Shown here piece after piece: positions 1 to 12,556 of a DNA stretch of 64,000 nt. The stretch spans positions 4,434,483 through 4,498,482 of the forward strand of contig SMSO01000032.1 in NCBI GenBank assembly GCA_004764695.1. The letters run 5' to 3'. The translations under genes were made by a program, and so were the position numbers. Positions within the stretch are counted from its first letter, which is position 1; each line of letters begins with the position of its first letter. The notes beneath the pieces are model-generated. The model saw only the letters and a program-made list of their open reading frames with translations, was not told where the DNA came from and ran no database searches. This stretch comes from Schizochytrium sp. TIO01. Lineage: Eukaryota > Protista > Bigyra: Labyrinthulomycetes.

Positions 1-1855
1 TGGATTAGGCCGTCGATTAGGCTTGAAGAAGAAATTTCTAGTTCACTACTTCATTTGTTATTAAACATTTGTTATTAAAGATAAAATGAGGTATAGGCCT
101 AGGCCTAAAATATATATTGCTTCGTAACTTAATTTTAATTATATTTAATTTTAAAAAAAGAAAAAAAGGTCTGAGCCTTGAAAGGGAATGATATTGAGAA
201 TAATTATACTCTAGAGTTCTATCGATTTCTTTAGATAATATATGCATTTTGTTTTTGATTTTATTTTAAACATGGGGAGAGTGAGAGAGGAAAAGGGAGA
301 GAGTTTTACTTAGTAACAAAAGGCAACTTAATCACTTACCTAATGAATGCCTAACCCACAATCAGGAGATATTTGTTTTTCTCTCTCTCTAAATATATAT
401 TTTTAATTTTTAAAGGTTTTTTCAAAGTGCGTTTATCGTTGATTCACTTACTGGAGACTGTCTACTTCTACGCTAACCTCTTCATACCAATTGACTAGGA
501 TACTCCAACGAAGTGAATACTCAAATACCTTTTGCCTAGTAAAAGTAAGAAGTAGGTGCGCTAGTGCTACGACTAGTAGTCAAAATCAGAAGAAATTGAA
601 AGAGAGAGACTGAAAAGAGAATGAAAGAAAAGAAAAATATTTTTAGTAATACTAGTAACTTGTTATCTAATGGTAAGAGTAAAGACACGAACAGACACTC
701 AGACAAACAGACTGATTGAAGAGACAGACAGACCTCAATCTCCGTTTCGCTTAGGTAGGAAGAACTCTCCGCTCCTCTCGCCAACTTCGTCGCTTCACCG
801 CGTACCCGCCTCCGCCCGCACGACTGAAGGCAGCAGCTCCCGCGCGCAAGGCGTGTTGGTCGAGCGCCCGCTTTTAGCGTAGCGAGTTGCGTCGAGGCGC
901 TCTTCCTTGGCTCAGGCAGGAAGGGCAGGGCCGGTGAAGGAAGGCGCGAAGAACCAGGTCCGAGGCAGAGGATCCCTAAGGCGCCAACAGACTTCAACGC
1001 AAAATCAAATTCACGCATTTGCGTTTGACTCAAGAGTCAGCCCGCTTGGATAGAGATAAACAACCAGGTTCAACCCTCTTGAGAAAGCAGGCGTGTGGAG
1101 GAGTTCTATTGAGTTTGCACAGAGCTTATTCTCTTCGAAGAAAAAGAAGCGAAAGAAGCAATCATCTCTCCGCATTAACTCATTGCTCTCTTTTTTGCTC
1201 TTTCTTCTACGGAACAGACCTTTGTTTGCAGTCCTCAAGTTGACTCTCTACATTCGCCAGCAGTGTAGATAGATCAGTGAAAAGTGAAAAACAAAAACGT
1301 GTAGAATCTTTCGTACCAAATCATTCTGATACGGTATTTGTTTCACCTGTAAAGTCTCAGGAAAGCTCAATTTCGTTAATTAAGATCTTTCTAATAACTT
1401 ACGACCTACGCTCCGAGGAGATAATAATAACTCTTCGACTAGCATTTTTTCAATTTATTGTCCGTGTGTACGTTCAATAATTAATCTGTGATCCAAACGA
1501 CGCCTAGTGATTTACTTTATTAGGCAACCAACTTATTCGCTACATTTTAATCCAAAAAAAACAAAACAAAACCTAAAAGCACTGAACACAAACAAACAAA
1601 CAAGCAGTTGAGTGCACCGTCATATCATCATCGAAGGGTGAACCTGCGTTTTGTCATTTGCAAAACGAAAAGTCATTTATCCTGTCTTCTTTAGAGAGCT
1701 GTTTCTACGTCTAGTATTAAGACTTACGTGGGAATTCTTACTGAAGCCTCAGTCTTTACCTAAGAGAAATACGCAAGAGAAGTTGCAGTGCTTTATTGTT
1801 TACGCTATAGCTTTTGACAACCAAGTCCCTTTGAAGAAGAATTGGGGTATTGAAA

Positions 1856-4072
1856 ATGGTGCAAACTGATTATGACTCAAGCTCTGTCCTGAGCTCCGGC
1901 GTCAGTGTTGCCTCCGAAGACGATTTCCTGATGGTTGAAGCTGAAACCGAAAGTGTCGCTCACGAAGTCAAAGTTGAGTCGAACGAAAACGACAGACCTG
2001 TCAACAATCTTGATGTGAGCCTGGATGCTCAAGACGATTTGCAGGAATCTGAACAAACAGGAGCTGCCCAAGTCGAGAAGCTCGACGAGGAAGTGAAGAC
2101 TCCTGTTTCTTTGTCCACGGAAGAAGAGGCAATTTCTATCTCTGCTCCGTCCTCAGTCAAAGCTGATGCGGAGGGTGCTCCTTGTGATGAAGAATCATCT
2201 ATTCTTGACGTTGAGGAAGCCATATTTCTGCAGACTGAGAAAGATATCAAGATGGAGGATGCTGAGCAATCCGAAATTCGTGGAGATCAACAAGAGGAGG
2301 ACCAAGAAGGAAATCTTGGTGATGAAGAGGACGATGATGACGAATCCCTTTCGATGCCGCAGAGCGCGGACTTTTGGAGCCATGTTGAGAGTATCTCTCA
2401 TTTCGATGGTGAAGAGACTGCTCTTCTGAAGGCACAAGTCCTTGAAATCGTAGCGCATTTGGCGGCAATCAAATCTGAGACTGCCAATGAAGATAACGCT
2501 CAAGTCCTGGAACGTATTTGCGAAGTACTTGCAAAACACCACGCAGTAAAAGCTCTTCAAGACTTCCTTAATTCACCTGCAGTTTTTCACGCTACAATCG
2601 AAGCTGCAGAAACTGGCTCTTTACAGCAAGCAATGGTGAATAACATGGGGGAGCTTTTCAAGGCTTTGGCCGACCTAACTCTTCGCGCCCCTGAGCTTGC
2701 CCAACTTGCTCCAACACTTTTCTCCGAGCTTGTTAAGTTTATGCAGCTTTTTAACAAGCCCCATGACTCTACTAAGGCTTCCCAAGTTCAGGCTGAGATG
2801 CACGGGCTTAACTACTCCCCTGACGCCGCCTCAGAAGCCAACACTTCGGACGGTGCGAAAGCCTCTCTGCCTCAGGCTAGGCATGAATTATACACTCCTA
2901 GCGTGGTGCATCGCCACATTGTTTGTGATGGCTGTGACTCCCAGGCTCAGCGGCTCATTTCCTCTCTTGAAGGAAACATGGTTGATGGTTGCATTGCCGG
3001 CATCCGTTGGAAGAGTGCCATTACTGAAGATTTTGATCTATGTTCGACCTGCGAGAACACAGGTCGGTTCGAGGAGCAGCATGGTCCATTTCTCAAAATT
3101 ACGGATCCGAGAAAGGCGCCTCGTGAGCTAGTTGTTGTTCTTCGTGAACAAGGTTCTACCGGAGCTACTTCAGCTCGCTGCCGCGGCCGCGGTCGCCGCC
3201 GCCACAACAACAACAACAACCCTGGTCATTGCTTTCGCCGTCGCCATGAGGCTAGAATGCAGCAGATGAAAGATCTAGCCCATCAAGCCGAGGATAAGTT
3301 GGATATGCCCATGAAATGCCCTTCCAAGGGTCATCTTCTACAACGTTGTACTCCTTCCATTGGATACACCTGTGATGTATGTCAAAAGTCCCCATCTTTT
3401 GGCGATTCATTGTATGGCTGCCGCTTGTGCAACTGGGATATCTGCATGCTCTGCGCTGATCTCCAGCTTGCTCATGCCCTTGCCCTTGAGAGTGGATGCG
3501 CAGCGGATGCTGGAAGCACCTTTGAAAAGGAGACATCCCCTGATGATCAAGTGGGCGAAGCGGATGCGGTACCTCCGTCAGAAGAATTGACTCCTGCTAA
3601 CCAGCTTGTGATATCTCGTCCTCTTGGAAAGTTCGTTGCTGATGTAACCATTCCTGATGGCACTGTACTTCAGGGCGGACAGCGTTTCACTAAAATGTGG
3701 CGCATTGAAAACCCATCTCCTGACCAGGCGTGGCCCAATGATGTACGCCTCGTTTGTGTTGGGGGCGAGCGCATGTCGGGCCCGGAAGATGGAATCCGCG
3801 TAGCTGCTATTGCCCCGCAGACATCCACGGAGCTTAGCGTCGATCTTACCGCCCCTATGGATTCAGGTCGCTACGTAAGCTATTGGCGCCTGATGAGCAA
3901 TGGCCAGCGATTTGGACACCGTCTTTGGATTGACATTAGTGTCGTGCGGAAGTGGGACGAACAACTTCGTGTCCTGGATGAGATGGGCTTCCCCGCTGAT
4001 CAAGCTTTGCTTGACATGCTTGAGGAGGAAGAAGGCAACCTCGAAACTCTTATTCCGCGTCTTTGTTGCTAA
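1856..4072 (+). CDS. NBR1: NBR1-like selective autophagy receptor (N-terminal LIR, ZZ-type zinc finger, second Cys-rich finger, FW/NBR1 Ig-like domain, C-terminal UBA)
   Basis: ATG at 1856 (the ORF track starts at TTG 1850). ZZ finger HRHIVCDGC...GIRWKS...DFDLCSTCE; second finger CDVCQKS...YGCRLCNWDICMLC; FW domain FVADVTIPDGT...FTKMWRIEN...AWP...GRYVSYWRL...FGHRLW; UBA WDEQLRVLDEMGF. No PB1 domain is recognisable. Confidence 0.85.
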   Translation: MVQTDYDSSSVLSSGVSVASEDDFLMVEAETESVAHEVKVESNENDRPVNNLDVSLDAQDDLQESEQTGAAQVEKLDEEVKTPVSLSTEEEAISISAPSSVKADAEGAPCDEESSILDVEEAIFLQTEKDIKMEDAEQSEIRGDQQEEDQEGNLGDEEDDDDESLSMPQSADFWSHVESISHFDGEETALLKAQVLEIVAHLAAIKSETANEDNAQVLERICEVLAKHHAVKALQDFLNSPAVFHATIEAAETGSLQQAMVNNMGELFKALADLTLRAPELAQLAPTLFSELVKFMQLFNKPHDSTKASQVQAEMHGLNYSPDAASEANTSDGAKASLPQARHELYTPSVVHRHIVCDGCDSQAQRLISSLEGNMVDGCIAGIRWKSAITEDFDLCSTCENTGRFEEQHGPFLKITDPRKAPRELVVVLREQGSTGATSARCRGRGRRRHNNNNNPGHCFRRRHEARMQQMKDLAHQAEDKLDMPMKCPSKGHLLQRCTPSIGYTCDVCQKSPSFGDSLYGCRLCNWDICMLCADLQLAHALALESGCAADAGSTFEKETSPDDQVGEADAVPPSEELTPANQLVISRPLGKFVADVTIPDGTVLQGGQRFTKMWRIENPSPDQAWPNDVRLVCVGGERMSGPEDGIRVAAIAPQTSTELSVDLTAPMDSGRYVSYWRLMSNGQRFGHRLWIDISVVRKWDEQLRVLDEMGFPADQALLDMLEEEEGNLETLIPRLCC

Positions 4073-5821
4073 ATTGAAGTGTGTTCGACGTCCTTTCTCA
4101 GGAAATCACGTCACTACATGGATGTGCGAATCAAAGTTAAAATTTTAAATCATCTTTTTGGATCGATCTGTTTTCAATACATTTAAATGGCATTTTGCAG
4201 CAGCAGCCCCTCTTTAAGTAATTTAGCCATATTGTATTTAGATTCCTATAAGCATTTCCTTCTTATGCTTTGGTAGCTGACATCTCGATGATGATATTAA
4301 TTAAACAAAATAATAATTGCAATAAAATAAGTTTGTCTCTTCTTGTACTTGATTCTTCACGCTTAGCAAATGTGGAACTGGCTGGTTCCATATGCGAAGT
4401 CTCTGTAGTAGAGCAACCAGACCCTTAACTAAACGAGGTTCGCATCGAAACATATTTTTTTAATTCAGAAAATGGGTCAGCTACCAATACGCACGTGGTA
4501 TATCAAGTTGAAGCAATATGTAAATTGAGCAGACTAGAAGAATCTCAGTTCCAACGAGTAGAGAGCATCGTCAAAACTGGTATATCTGCATTAAATTCAT
4601 TCTCTTTGTTCTACAACTGTGGATAATGAATCAAAACTAAGAAGTAAAACCAGATAAACCAGATAAATTGAGATCTGATACCGGTGGGCTAATAAGAATG
4701 AGGATAAAAACCTCGAAGGGTCAAACCCTAAAATCTACCTGTCTGATGATTAAAAACATAAAAATAAAACATTGCAAGAAAATCTGCCTGTGAATATTTC
4801 TGGCAAGTGCAGTATTTTTGAAAATCCTACAACTACAAGGTCAACCCTGGGCCGTAGAAATCACGCAGCGACATTTATTTGGCGTGAGAGCTGCTTTTAG
4901 ATACTGCTTGAATGCATCTAGCCAATGGCAAAGGCACTATTATTAGTATTATGTTGGTTTCGGCAAAGTGCACTTTGAACGAGGAGGTTGGACCTTTCTG
5001 TGAAAAAATAGATTGAGCACTATTTTGAGGTCCCTCGATTGCCTTAACACCTATAGGAATTTATGGTAATCTTGATAATTATTGTTCAATTGCAAATAGT
5101 ACTATATACTGAGACCTCACAGTTTAAGTTGTCCACAGTTAAGCAAGTTCAGCCTTTCATTCTAGTATTATGTAATATGTCGGGTTCACTAAAGTATTGA
5201 AATGTTGCTATTTTCAAGGCTGAGGGAGTACAATTCGTACTTCCATACAATCATTCTGCAATGAAAAGATGCCTGCCTACCTTGTGATCTCTGACTATTC
5301 CGAGAGTTTGACATTATTAACAAACGTCACTTATGAGGTAGGTAGGGTACTACTTCTTTTTTTCGTTTTTCCTCTTTTTTTTCCTTTTTTTAGTTAACTT
5401 CGCGCTTTTCGATATTTTTGGTTTAGCCAGTTCGAAAATCGTCAAACCGTATTGTTCTTTTCTTTTCTTTTTTCGATCATAAGAGAGGTAGGAGGGTACC
5501 CCTACCTGCTGGTGAAATGCAATCGTCACTTGAGAGAATACCTGGCCATATCTACGAGTAGGATACCATGATGACGATTGTGTTAATTGTTTGATGGTGA
5601 CGATTATGTTTATCAGTTTAATATGTCAGTCCAGAATGTATTCCATCTTCACAGCTAGCACCCACATATGTTTCCAGCACACACTTAGGCGAGATGATGC
5701 ACAGAAAAACAGAGAAATAGCTCTCACTTAAAATTGTGGCTTTGCGACCACCTATTCGATTTCGGGCCTATTCTATCTCTGGGAACCTTTAATGCCTCCT
5801 TTTCCTTTCTCCGAAAGCGCA

Positions 5822-6625
5822 TCATGAGTGATTGTTTAGACTTGAGTTTCTGAGTAAAACAGGTCAACATATAGCCCTCCCAGTGTTGCTAAGATCTGGT
5901 AGTACATAGGTAGGTAGTAGGTAGGTAGGTAGGTAGGTAGGTAGATACCTGACAAGCCTTCGAATTGGCCCAGTAATTAATCAGAAAAGGCCAGTTTGAG
6001 GGTGTCGATAGTAGCCAGGGAACCTGCTTACCAGTATCCATGATTGTTCTGGCTTGCGTTTCTACCCTAGCTAAAGGATTTCTATCATCTTAGGTAAGTA
6101 CGTATCTATCTACTGGATTACATCACGAGCACTCTCACTAGGCAGTGGCAATCAACTAAAATCTTTTAGCCAAAACAGTCACTCATGAATTATGAGAGAG
6201 GTACCCACCCACCCAGATTATACTTTGATATCTTGGCCTGCATAGGTGGGGCGATTCCTTCCTCCCCATATGTAACAGCCGCGCAGAAGTATGAGGTCTG
6301 TGCGGCGAAGAAGTTGAAACGACGTGGGGCCTTTCTCATCCATTCTCCTGTTCAACTCGATCCCTGTTGATGACCAATATCCGTGATGAACTTCCATGGC
6401 CTTCGCGTCCCTGACGTGTTCTGTATGTGTCTGCCAATTATGTTTGTTTGAGTACTTGTAGGCAATAGTAGGTTCTTATGTAACTACTAGATGCCTATCC
6501 AGGTAGATCGCTGCTGCCTTTGTGTCGAGCTTGAAGTAATTTGAAGGTTTGGGCACTTCTATTTAATCGTATCGAAACGAGGGATAGATTGTTGTGGCTT
6601 GAGTTTTTACCCACGCTAAAAGATT
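5822..6625. repeat. Cluster of four copies of a dispersed ~45-bp element (consensus ~TCATGAGTGATTGTTTTGGCTTGAGTTTTTACCCAAGTTAAAAGATTTT)
   Basis: Copies at ~5822-5850(+, partial), 6041-6081(+), 6158-6188(-, internal deletion) and 6587-6625(+). Further copies lie at 48.7, 54.3, 55.7, 55.9, 57.3 and 61.1 kb. Confidence 0.7.
5907..5944. repeat. (TAGG)n microsatellite
   Basis: Directly visible taggtaggtagtaggtaggtagg... tract. Confidence 0.9.
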
Positions 6626-6942
6626 AAAACTTAGCCCATCTGACTACCTACTATTACTAGTAGAACTTGTTTTAAAATGGGAAATATCTTTTTATAAAAT
6701 GTATGCTTGCATAATTGTAGGGCCATTTTCTTCTTCTTTTTCAAAAAGCACACTTTCAACTTGAAGGAAGGAGGAAATAGAGAATCAATAAAGAAAGAAG
6801 CCCACTAAAAAGAATGACGTTTTGTGCTGCAAACTGTCCAGCAAATCCCTTTCTCCTTGCAGCTTCAGATCCCATATAACCTCTGCTTCATCGTCGAGTG
6901 AACTGAGAACCTGATAGTCAAAACTGAGAGTTGAAGGAGTGA

Positions 6943-8277
<1,335 letters not shown>

Positions 8278-8464
8278 CGAAGTTATTTATTTTATAAGAG
8301 GTGCTTCACTTCCCTCATCTTTTGCATTTAAATTAGACATTTATTTCTGTGAATGTCAAGCTCTAACCTGCACAGACTTCAACACTTCAAATGGAAAGAG
8401 CAGATATCCTATGTCATAACAGGAACAATGTCTTACTTTTCATAGAAAAGTGCTAGCATTGTAC

Positions 8465-9823
8465 TTAAGTAGTTGCGCTGTTGTCGTCAGATAAAGAAGT
8501 TAATACTGAACCAATGTTAGGTGTTGAGCCACCACTTGCTGTTGCAAAATCTGACAAGTTGCATTTGCGAGACATTTCTGTAGGTGTATTTCCCCAAAGC
8601 GAACTAGTTGCGCTATTTTCCTGGTCGTACTCTTCAGGCAATATAATCAATTGATGTGCTTGTGTCTGGAGAACTGGTAAACTAAAAAAGGCGCGGGACA
8701 TAGCAAGAGGTGATTTCACGCCACGATCCTCCTCAACATTCCCCATACTGGTCTGGCATATAGTAAGGCTACTCTCGGGGCCTTCGTTTGTTTTTTTCAA
8801 ATCGCCCTCACTACCTGCACTGCTATGAAGTTCGCTCTTGACAGAACTTTCGTTCAGCTGATCGCTTCCGAAGAGATCTCTAAATGTCTTTACACTTTGC
8901 TGCTTAAAGATATCAGAAGGTTTGCTCGAAACGTGATGATGGCTTAGTGTGTTCGTTGCAACAGTATCACCATCGTTTTCTTCAGGTAGAGATGAACAAG
9001 AATATCCTGTGTCAAAGTAAATTTGATTGTGGCTGAACTCCCTTAAACAGTCTTTACCCCCAGCATGGATTGGAGTTTCTTTGCTATTATCTCTCTGCAT
9101 CGGGAATCGGGTTCTCCCTCGTCGAACTTTAAATTCACGTTTTCTAGGTCGATTCTCGACTTTGTTTCCTTCAGTAATCATAGAAGAATGAGAATGCTCC
9201 AATCTGATATTTCGTGCGAGATGACCATGGTCACGCCCAACATCCTTACCAACTCCTGCTTCGAATTTGCGTTGAATTGGAGGTAAGTGATTGAGAGAGG
9301 CATTTAAAGTTATTGCATCTTCCCGACTTAACATGTTATCTGTGCCATTTTGGTTCTCAGATGCTGCAATCCCAAGGTGTAAACTATGGTTTGGAGTCAT
9401 TTCGAACCTACTTTCAAACTGCCTATTATTGCAACCCACATGAGACATGAGAGCATTGTTGTAGTTCCCTTGATTACTTTGCATTCCCCCTTTGGAAGGC
9501 AATAGGCTGTTTCGCGAAGAATGACTATCTTTTCGAGCTGGTCTACTCTGCCGCGGTATTGTACTTTTAATATTTGCCAAATTTCTGTAATGGGATTTCA
9601 AAAGATTATGATGCTCCCAACCCTGCTGCTTCGTACTGATGAACTGGTTTGACTTTGTAGGTACGCACAGATTTCCCCCTCGCCAAAAACCAACCCCGGT
9701 CTCTGTACTATGGCAAGCTCGATTCATTTTATTTGCGAACCACTGGGTCCATATTTCTCTCAACCCAGCCTCTGATCGTGTTGTAGCCTTTTTGAAATGA
9801 AGCAGCACCTTGCGTTGTCGCAA
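8465..9823 (-). CDS. Hypothetical low-complexity/disordered protein (start uncertain)
   Basis: 452-codon Ser/Asn-rich open frame with no recognisable domain. The ORF begins at TTG; the first in-frame ATG is at MNRACH. Confidence 0.5.
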   Translation of the reverse strand: MRQRKVLLHFKKATTRSEAGLREIWTQWFANKMNRACHSTETGVGFWRGGNLCVPTKSNQFISTKQQGWEHHNLLKSHYRNLANIKSTIPRQSRPARKDSHSSRNSLLPSKGGMQSNQGNYNNALMSHVGCNNRQFESRFEMTPNHSLHLGIAASENQNGTDNMLSREDAITLNASLNHLPPIQRKFEAGVGKDVGRDHGHLARNIRLEHSHSSMITEGNKVENRPRKREFKVRRGRTRFPMQRDNSKETPIHAGGKDCLREFSHNQIYFDTGYSCSSLPEENDGDTVATNTLSHHHVSSKPSDIFKQQSVKTFRDLFGSDQLNESSVKSELHSSAGSEGDLKKTNEGPESSLTICQTSMGNVEEDRGVKSPLAMSRAFFSLPVLQTQAHQLIILPEEYDQENSATSSLWGNTPTEMSRKCNLSDFATASGGSTPNIGSVLTSLSDDNSATT

Positions 9824-10848
9824 GAGTGCGAGGAATGCTTTTTGGTGTTCCTACTCTTGCTCATTTGTGCGTCAACAGAAATGACCCTTGTCTTGCTTTT
9901 CCTATGGTATGATTTGAAGCGCCACATATCAAATATCTAACACGTACATTCTGTACACCCCTTTAATCTCTTGTATTTTCTCTCTTTCTTCCAGACTCTC
10001 TGAGTGTTCAAATGTTGTTTCTGATTTTAAATTGGTGCTTCCCAGACCCGGCGCATTATTCTAAGCTTACCTTTTATTACAACGTCCACCGTTGCCAAAC
10101 CTGTTGTTGCCTGAGCGTGCTTGAGAGAGAAATAGTATGTCAATACAGATCCGTTGAACGGCCAAATATATATAAGTAGAGCTCCTGAGTACTTTTTTCA
10201 GTAATTTAGACCTCTGATAGGAAGTATAGAAACTTAATATTTTACTTTCAGTCAAATTTCTAGTATAATGTAATAATTACTAATTGCATTTTGGCATTTC
10301 TCTTATGTTTATTTACAAATAAACATGACTGAAAAAAGAAAGAAACAAGAATTGTATCTGCAAGGCACATACTGGACACATATGAGCATTACTAAATGGT
10401 CTAGTGCTGATTTCCCCTTTTTCCTTTTATAAATAATATTTATTCTTCCTGAATAATTGACATGCAATACTTATTGCAAAAGAGATATAGACTAGCATAG
10501 AACAGAATCGAAAGGAAAGAGGATCAGCAAAATCAGCAGTGGTGAAGCAACACACGGTCGTAAGGCGAACGGACTACATACAGCAAACCCGGTTCGAGGC
10601 TTTCATAATAGATAGGAAGGTCTCTTCATAATTTCCCAATTGTTTTGGTTTATTGTCAAGGGTTGGAAACGGCACTCTTGCTTTCCAGGCCTTTCTTGAA
10701 GAAAACAAAAAGAGTTTTGGCTTTCGTCTTAATCTCTTGTGAGAGGCCTGCCTTGGTCGTATAAACGGCGCAGCTTTGGGGATGATTTGAGAAAGAAGGT
10801 GGAAAGATTTAATATTAGCCACAAAGTACTGATCAAGTGGGATTCAAC

Positions 10849-12105
10849 ATGGTAGCGAGTAATTCGGATCTATGTGCAGCTTCGGACTGCATCGCATCTT
10901 TGACAATATTCCTTTCGACATCAGGTCTTCTTGCTTTGATGTTATCTTATGGCGCAATCATGCTCATTAAAAGGCGTCGGTCTCTGAGGCAAGTTGTAGA
11001 TCTTGACAAAGCCATGAAGCGTCAGCAAGGCGTTTCTAGTCAGCAATCAGAAAAGCGCCCGAGTGCGGCCACGACCGAAACTAATGGCCCTACAGTGCCA
11101 CGAAAACGCTTACCCTGGGAAATCAAATACTCCGAAATTAAGTTGCAGGAACGTATAGCCTATGGAACTTCTGGTGCAGTGTGGAAAAGTCAATGGATGG
11201 ATATGGTGGTTGCTGTGAAAATTCCACACGAGAATATTAGCTCGCAACTCAAAGAAAGTTTCATCGATGAGGCTTACATGATGTCGAACTTGCATCACCC
11301 CAATATTGTGGTCTTTTTAGGCGCATGCTTAGACATGCAAAATCTCGCACTGGTTCTTGAATTTTTGGAACGTGGAAGTATGCATGATTTTTTGAAAAAC
11401 GAGAATCAGAAAATCGATATGGCTATGCTACATCATTTTGCCACAGATATTGCACGAGGAATGAAATATCTCCATCAGAGGTGCTCAATCATCCAACGAG
11501 ATCTCAAGCCTCGCAATCTACTCATTGATGCAGCTTATAACGTCAAAATTTGTGACTTTGGTTTATCGAAGCATATGAGTAAGAAAGAAGATGGCGAAGA
11601 CATGGAAGCCGCAGGTACCCCTTACTGGACAGCTCCCGAGGTAATTCTAGGCGAGACAGTCAATCGCAAAGCAGATGTCTTTAGCTTTGCCATTATCCTG
11701 TGGGAGCTCGTAACCCGTGAAGAACCATACTCTGGTCTTCCTGGCATTGAGGTAGCCATTAAGGTGGCCCAGGAGGGTTTGCGACCACGAATCCCCAAGT
11801 TTTGCCCTGATGGTTATGCATCACTTATTCAAGTCTGCTGGGAACATGATCCGAAAAAACGCCCCAACTTTTCCGAAGTTCTTGAGCGTTTACTAGAAAT
11901 AAAAAAGCAAGCCCAAGAGAGTGGTCTTACAAAGTCAAACTTTCGCTCGGGTAGCCCTGACCCGATAGGGCTACCACATGTTGTGAGGGAGAGCTCTCGA
12001 TCAGCAAACGAGTATTCTACAAAAAGTGTTACCCCAATGCATGAGATTTCAAAGGATGATTCAAAGACCCGTCTTCCTGAAGGTACTGATAATAACCCTG
12101 TTTAA
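10849..12105 (+). CDS. Single-pass membrane TKL-group (CTR1/DRK-like) protein kinase
   Basis: ATG at 10849. N-terminal hydrophobic helix followed by KRRR; LPWEI; IAYGTSGAVWK; VAVK; HHPNIVVFLGAC; QRDLKPRNLL; CDFGLS; GTPYWTAPE; DVFSFAIILWEL; CWEHDPKKRPNF. Confidence 0.92.
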   Translation: MVASNSDLCAASDCIASLTIFLSTSGLLALMLSYGAIMLIKRRRSLRQVVDLDKAMKRQQGVSSQQSEKRPSAATTETNGPTVPRKRLPWEIKYSEIKLQERIAYGTSGAVWKSQWMDMVVAVKIPHENISSQLKESFIDEAYMMSNLHHPNIVVFLGACLDMQNLALVLEFLERGSMHDFLKNENQKIDMAMLHHFATDIARGMKYLHQRCSIIQRDLKPRNLLIDAAYNVKICDFGLSKHMSKKEDGEDMEAAGTPYWTAPEVILGETVNRKADVFSFAIILWELVTREEPYSGLPGIEVAIKVAQEGLRPRIPKFCPDGYASLIQVCWEHDPKKRPNFSEVLERLLEIKKQAQESGLTKSNFRSGSPDPIGLPHVVRESSRSANEYSTKSVTPMHEISKDDSKTRLPEGTDNNPV

Positions 12106-12556
12106 GAATGATAAAACCTGCAGTATTGGGAATTTGAGAACTGACAATCACATCTTTCTACCTAGCTACCTACTTACCAAACCTGCTCCTTTCAGATCTC
12201 GGCATGGACTTGGTTTTACTTGTCTTTACTATTATCACTCATGTATTTGTATAAATATATTTATTCCACACCCAAAATGTTCGTGTAATGTTTACAAATT
12301 GGCAGTATAGTGCATACAATAAACGGTCGATGGAAAGCATTTCTATCAAGTATATGAGAGATGAAAAAAATTATAAAGAAACTTCCAAGTTTTAAAAAAA
12401 TGACTTTAAATGTGCAAAACAGAACCAAGTTTATCCATCTAGCAGGCACCCACATCCCAGGGTAGAGCTTATGCACAGATGCCTTACATTGTGGTTAGCT
12501 GTTTTTCAGCAGCTTGACCTTTACTCGGAGGAACGATTACACTACAAGTGCTTACC

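Noticed and set aside
536-1480. Short ORFs in the GC-rich patch upstream of the NBR1-like gene
   Set aside because: Low-complexity, motif-free translations on both strands; more likely promoter/5'-UTR sequence.
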